Origin: the human T2T-CHM13v2.0 reference genome, Homo sapiens
Assembly (NCBI RefSeq): GCF_009914755.1
Contig: NC_060927.1
DNA length: 64,000 nucleotides
Strand: one strand, 5' to 3'
Positions 57,985 through 64,000 of the stretch are shown here, in pieces. The notes beneath the pieces are model-generated. The model was given only the letters and a program-made list of their open reading frames with translations. It was not told the origin of the DNA and searched no databases. A program made the translations under genes and the position numbers. Every line of letters starts with the position of its first letter. Positions within the stretch are counted from its first letter, which is position 1.

Positions 57985-59069
57985 TAACCTTAAGTTGGTT
58001 AAGTAAAATGCCTGCTTTTTTTCTATTCAGAATCTGAAATGTCCAATGCAAAGTCATTATAATTGATTGTAACAGTTAACTAAGCTATCCAATTCTACTA
58101 TAAAAATCCTTGCTAGAGTTTTTTGTCTGTTAAAATTCACAGAGATTAAAAAAAAAAAATGCCAACGTCTGTGATGAGCCCAGGTATTCCACGTGCTCAG
58201 ACCAGGGCCAGGCGCTGGGGCCAGGGGCCCAGAAAGAACTGGAACTATTGTGTTTTATACATGTCTGAAAACTGCACTTAATATCACATTTTACTCTTAG
58301 GGGAGGTGAGTTACCCCACATGGGAACTGCACTAGAAGGTGCTCTGGGCTCTGTTTTTTCTCTATGTTGACTAATACTATGAAAATAATTTTCCACATGT
58401 TTATATACTATCGAAATTCCATTACAGCTAACTTAAAAAGTTGTTTCCTTTGGTTCAATACAATATAAGAGAAAAGAAAGCAACCAGCCACTATCCATAT
58501 TCCCTCACAATTTGGTTGCAATGTATAAAAACATCTTAAATGGGTTTGGTTTTCATTCACCCCTTCAACACTAACACTGAAGTTACCGTAACAAAATTCC
58601 CTTCAAGGAGATACACTCCTAGTCCTGCTCTTTCCACTCTAACAGTGCCTCATTTCACATGTTTCCAATTATATTTTTAAGTTATTCAATGTTAGAAGTA
58701 GCTTTCAAATAAAAACATTGTATTTTCAAAGCTAAATTGAAATAGACTTTTTCATCCATAGGGAAAGAAGAGGATAGACTCAAAGCAGTTCTACTCTAAA
58801 GCTATAAATTTAACTATCTGAGGTGAAAACCACATCTGGACTACTATTTTAAAACTATGGGTTGTGACCTACTAGGCTGGGAATCAATTTAGAGGGTAAT
58901 GGCATGGCATTTTTGAAAAACAAAATAGAAGAGAGAGTAGAAAGCATCAGCGTGTCCTACGCATAACTGGGGTACTTCCTGCCTTGTGAACTCATGTCTC
59001 AGTCACACACACCTAAGTGCGTCCTAGGTCACAGTGCTCCGTGTCGTTTTTACTGTGAAAGCTGGTCTG

Positions 59070-59250
59070 GGCCAGCAGTTTCCAAAGCCCTAGAATCAGA
59101 ATTGCCTAGAGCTGTGTAATAAACAGATTCCCTGGCTCAAGCCTTCTAAGATTCTAATTCAGCTTGGCTAGGAGTGGACCAGAAATTCCTAGATGAATCT
59201 CATCAGTCTGGACTGAGACCTGCTGGTCTGGACTCTAGTTCTCAGTCACT
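59070..59250. mobile_element. MER5-like hAT remnant
   Basis: cagcagtttccaaag...tagaatca...cagattccctggctca...gattctaattcag. Confidence 0.55.
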
Positions 59251-59426
59251 GTGTAGCAAACAAAGTCCCCAATCTTTTACATGAGCCAGCGCAGGAAAGG
59301 ACACACACAGAGGAGGGGGAAGGGTCCCCATTTGAGACACTCCCTCCCCATCCCACCCCATGGCCAGGCTTCTGAGGGCCCTCACCAGCAATCAAGGTTA
59401 CAGAGGCAGCATGAAAACCCCCATGA

Positions 59427-59778
<352 letters not shown>

Positions 59779-60278
59779 TCAAGAGTTGAGAAAAAATTAT
59801 GGCAAGATGAGATGTATGTGTGCACTTGGGCTTTTCTCAGGAGAAGTGTCACAGAATCCCTGAGATTCTCAAAGACCCACCAATCAGGTTCTCAGGGGTA
59901 GGAATGTGCATCTTGAAGAAGCTCCTCAGTAACTTACTGGAGGACCACTCTTCTGGGGTGAGCAAGGAGGTGGAGGAATGGAAATCTAGCTTGTCTGGTG
60001 CCTGACTCTGCAAACCTGGACTAATGTAACCTTTCAGAGCCGATGTTTCTTCCTCCACAAAGGGGAGGCAAAGAGTAGTTGCTGCCTCCCAGCCCTACAG
60101 TGGGGAGCACTTGCTGAACCATGCTGGTGCCACAGAGATCCCAGGGGAGCACCACACTGGTGGACTAAGTGTTGCCTCTAAAACAGCCATCTGTAAATGC
60201 ATGTTCAGAACGAAAAGCAAAAAGCTTGACAAGTTATTTCATTTTGGCTGAAGGCCATGATTAAAGGTGTACCTGCTA

Positions 60279-60431
<153 letters not shown>

Positions 60432-60612
60432 TCAGAAGGCCCACATGTACCCTCAGTGCTGCTGAGTACCCAGAGAACCAGAACCAGACTATGAGGTCTG
60501 CTGGTATCAGCAATGGGCAGACTGCATGCTAGAGCCCAGGGTCTTAATAATCTAGAAGGATTCCCAACATTCTATGGCATTGACTAAATAATCAGCAAAA
60601 AACAAAATGACA

Positions 60613-60910
60613 GGCTGGGCACGGTGGCTCACACCTGTAATCCTAGCACTTTGGGAGGCCCAAGGCCGGCAGACTGCTAGAGCCCAGAGGTTAGAGACCA
60701 GCCTGGGCAACATGATGAAACCCCGTGTCTACCAAAAATACAAAAGTTAGCTGTGTGTGGTGGGCATGCCTGTAGTCCCAGCTACTCGGGAGGTTGAGGT
60801 GGGAGGATCACCTGAGTCTGGGGAGGTCAGAGCTGCAGTGAGCCATGATAGTGCCACTGCACTCCAGCCTGGGTGACAGAACAAGACCTTATCACACACA
60901 CAAAAAAGAA
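60613..60910 (+). mobile_element. AluJ
   Basis: Diverged dimer. Confidence 0.85.
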
Positions 60911-61299
60911 CAATTATGAATAAATGTACAGATCTCTTGCTGGACAACTAAAAGCTTATCTGGCTAGCAAGCAAGTCTGTTCCCTTTTTTCATCAGCATG
61001 AATAGGCCTGCTGGTTTGGACTCAAAGTCAGTAGTGACCCTGCATGTTAAGGGAATCTCAGTTGAGCAGGTCCTGAAGAAAAGACCTTTAACAAAAGCCA
61101 GGGGCCCAGGACCAGCAGAAAATTACACAAATCCAAAGTGAGAACCAGTGCCCATAATAGTATTTTCTTCTAAAACAAAGTAATGCAGTTCTATAGCTAA
61201 CAAGCTTCGGAAAAATCTTCTAAGCAGAGAACAGGAGGCTTACAAATGGGATTGATTCCCCCCTTTTAAGAGGGCCATAATCAAGCACCTAATAAAATA

Positions 61300-61865
61300 A
61301 ACAAACACCTAACCTACGACCCAGCAATTGCACCCCTAGGTATATATCCAACAGAAATGAACACACATGTTCACAAAAACACTTACACAAAAGCATCTGT
61401 AGCAGTTTGATTCATAATAGCCAAAACTGACCATCAACAGAAGAAAGAATAAACAAAACGTGGGCCATCCACACAAAGGAATACTTAGCAAGAAAAGATA
61501 ATAAAAATCACTGATCCATGCGAAACCATGGAAGAATCTCAAAAACTTTATATTGAAGGAAATATGCCAAATGCAAGAGCGCACATGCTGCATTTCATTG
61601 ATATAAAATTACTTTTAAAAGAAATACTGATCCATGGTGATAGAAATCAGATTTCTTCTGATTTCTCTTTGTCTCTGAGGTGGAGTGGGGTAGTTGACTA
61701 GAAAGGGTCCCAAAAGAACTTTCTGGGGAAATGGAGATATTCTATGTCTGAATCTGTTTGGTAGTTACATGGGATTTTTTGTACATATTTGTCAAAACTT
61801 ACCAAACTGTACTCTTAAGAGAACAGCATTTTACTTTATGTAAATTATACCTCAACAAAGGGAGA
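61300..61865 (+). mobile_element. Old L1M 3' region
   Basis: gacccagcaattgcacccctaggtatatatcca...tttgtcaaaactt...tgtaaattatacctcaa. Confidence 0.8.
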
Positions 61866-62484
61866 AAAAAAACTCCCAAAAAAAAACACATAACCACTGA
61901 AAGAAAAGGAGGGGGACTGAAGTTCCGGAGTCTCAGAATCTGGAACTCATTCAGGGTTTATGAAAGCTGTTTAATACAAAAGATCTCCATGCTGTGGGAC
62001 CCCTAAACAGTTTTATGGCAGTCACAAAATTATAAAAGGAATACTAACAGGGCAGCCCCGACGCTCAACAAAAAACCGTTTTCCACGGCCCTGTCTCAGA
62101 TTCCATGTTTATCACCTCACATTGCATTTTGCTTGTCAAGCCGCTGCAGGAAGTAGCCTGGCCCCCACCCCAGCTGACGGTGACTCCAGGAAGGGAGGCG
62201 GGGACCAGGCTCTGCACCCGGGAGGCTCAAGGCTATGCTCAAGTGTGCCTCCTGCTTCTCCCCAACCTCCTCTCCCTGGCAGAAGCAGAGAAGAGTGGGG
62301 GGCCTCCTTACGTGGTAACTGAACGCTAATGGCACAGGAGGGCCCATCAGTAGGTGAACAGTGGGCTGTCGTGAGGCATGGAGAACACAAACTCTGGCAC
62401 CAATCAGTGACTCACGTAAAGGGTTTTGTGTCCATTTGGGGAATTCAAGAATGGAACCAACCTTCGATTGTAGACTGAATTGAG

Positions 62485-63290
62485 GGGTGTTTTAAGTTGA
62501 ACTGTCCCCCCAAAATAGATATGTTAATGTCCTGACCAGTGGTACCTGAGAATCTGTCCTTATTTGGAAACAGGGTGTTCATGAAGAAAACTGAGTTAAA
62601 ATGAGGTCATTAGGGCAGGCCCTGATCCTATATGACAGGTGTCCTTATAAAAAGGGGAAACTTGGTCAGGTGCAGTGGCTCATGCTTGTAATCTCAGCAC
62701 TTTGGGAGGCTGAAGGGGGGCAGATCATCTGAGGTCAGGAGTTTGAGACCAGCCTGGCCAACATGGCGAAACCCCGTCTCTACTAAATATACAAAAACTT
62801 AGTCGGGTGTGGTAGGGTGTGCCTGTAATCTCAGCTACTCGGGAGGCTGAGGCGGGAGTCTCTTGAACCCGGGAGGTGGAGGCTGCAGTGAGCCGAGATC
62901 ACACCACTGTACTCCAGCCTGGGTGATAGAGTGAGACTTCATCTCACTAAAAAAAAAAAAAAGTGGGGGAAACTTGCATTGAGGCAGACACGTGCAGGGA
63001 GATGATGACGTGAAGAGCGCAAGGGGGATGATGACGTGAAGACAGAGAGAACACAGCCATGTGACCGCAGTACTGCAGCTGCAAGTCAAGGAACGCCAGG
63101 ATGCCAGCAACCATTAGCAACTAGAAGAGGTAGGAAGGGGCCTCTCCTCGAGCCTTCAGAGAGAACACGGCCCTGGCCATAGCTTCATTGTGCACTTCTG
63201 GCCTCCAGAACTGACGGACAATATGTTCTGTTGTTTAAAGCCACGCAGTCTGTGGTACTTTGTCATGGCAGCCCTAGTTCATTAAGACAA
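62485..63290 (+). mobile_element. MaLR solo LTR (MLT1-type), split by an Alu at ~62663-62961
   Basis: Diagnostic segments ccttatttggaaacaggg, atgaggtcattaggg, gacaggtgtccttataa, ttctggcctccagaactg, gtggtactttgtcatggcagcccta. Confidence 0.85.
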
Positions 63291-64000
63291 GGGGATAGAG
63301 AAGGAAAAAAGTAAAAGGCAGAGGGACAAGAGAGAAGCACCTAAGAGAGAAATGTAAGAAATCTTGGGGAAATTCTGTGAATGTGTGGGTTTTGCTTAAG
63401 GATAGAAAAGCTAGGTGTTGTTCTGTGAGTTACCAAGAAAAAAAAAAAGAAAAGAAAAAGCAAAGCAAAGCTAGGTGTGAGAAGGATTTCTAAGAAAAGC
63501 CTCTAGAACACTTACAAAGACCCTAATTAAATGCAGGGCTAATCCCAAACAACGGAAGAGAAGCCACACCCCTACACAAAAGCCTGTCCGTGCTGTGTCC
63601 GAGTCCCACATCTGGAGATGGCCAGTACAGCTCACAGGTAAGTAGTCCACTTCCAGGGTGAAGACAAAGACAAGTACACAACTGGGGACAGCAGTGTTGC
63701 GAGTTCCACTTTCAAAACTAAGATGATGGGCTGAGTCATGATAATGATGGGACAGCCCCCTCCTTGAGGCAACGCCCTGTGATTGTGTGACATTAGAGGC
63801 TGCTCCTTGGTGATTGCTTTCTAAAGGGGAAGAGCTGCTACAGAATAGTCGAGTTCCCAATCTCTGCCCATAAACTTACTAATGCCTTCCTCATGAGGCC
63901 TCCCCACAGCTGCCAGATGGAAATACACTTCTCACAGCACAAGCCCCAGGGAGCTGCAAACCACTTCACTGGTTTCACAGCAGGTGTTTCTCCAAACTTA

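Overview
Primate (very likely human) genomic DNA, dense in Alu elements. The RFT1 peptides place it at the RFT1-SFMBT1 interval (chr3p21, from recall). All gene-derived sequence is on the minus strand. From right to left: the last three coding exons of RFT1 (60289-60394, 53295-53544, 52829-52996) and a ~3.4-kb 3'UTR ending near AATAAA at 49433-49438; a GC-rich intergenic segment with a strong CTCF motif and a small promoter/enhancer-like element (~33.6-34.6 kb); a 5'-truncated, disabled SERBP1 processed pseudogene (CDS homology 25186-26009) that appears to carry ~6 kb of the parent's long 3'UTR, since invaded by Alus; and a large CpG island (~5.9-8.05 kb) with three minus-strand splice donors, inferred by synteny to be the SFMBT1 promoter and non-coding first exons. 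The rest is Alu, L1, L2, MIR, MLT1, MER47A, MER5 and MADE1 sequence, microsatellites and small duplications. Almost all ORFs in the supplied track are Alu- or GC-derived artefacts. I see no convincing new biological system. The best leads are evolutionary or regulatory: the long-UTR retrocopy recording one splice isoform, paired initiator/donor units in the CpG island, inverted-Alu fusion scars, and a duplicated UPRE-like motif in an RFT1 intron. Repeat boundaries and subfamily names were read by eye and are approximate.
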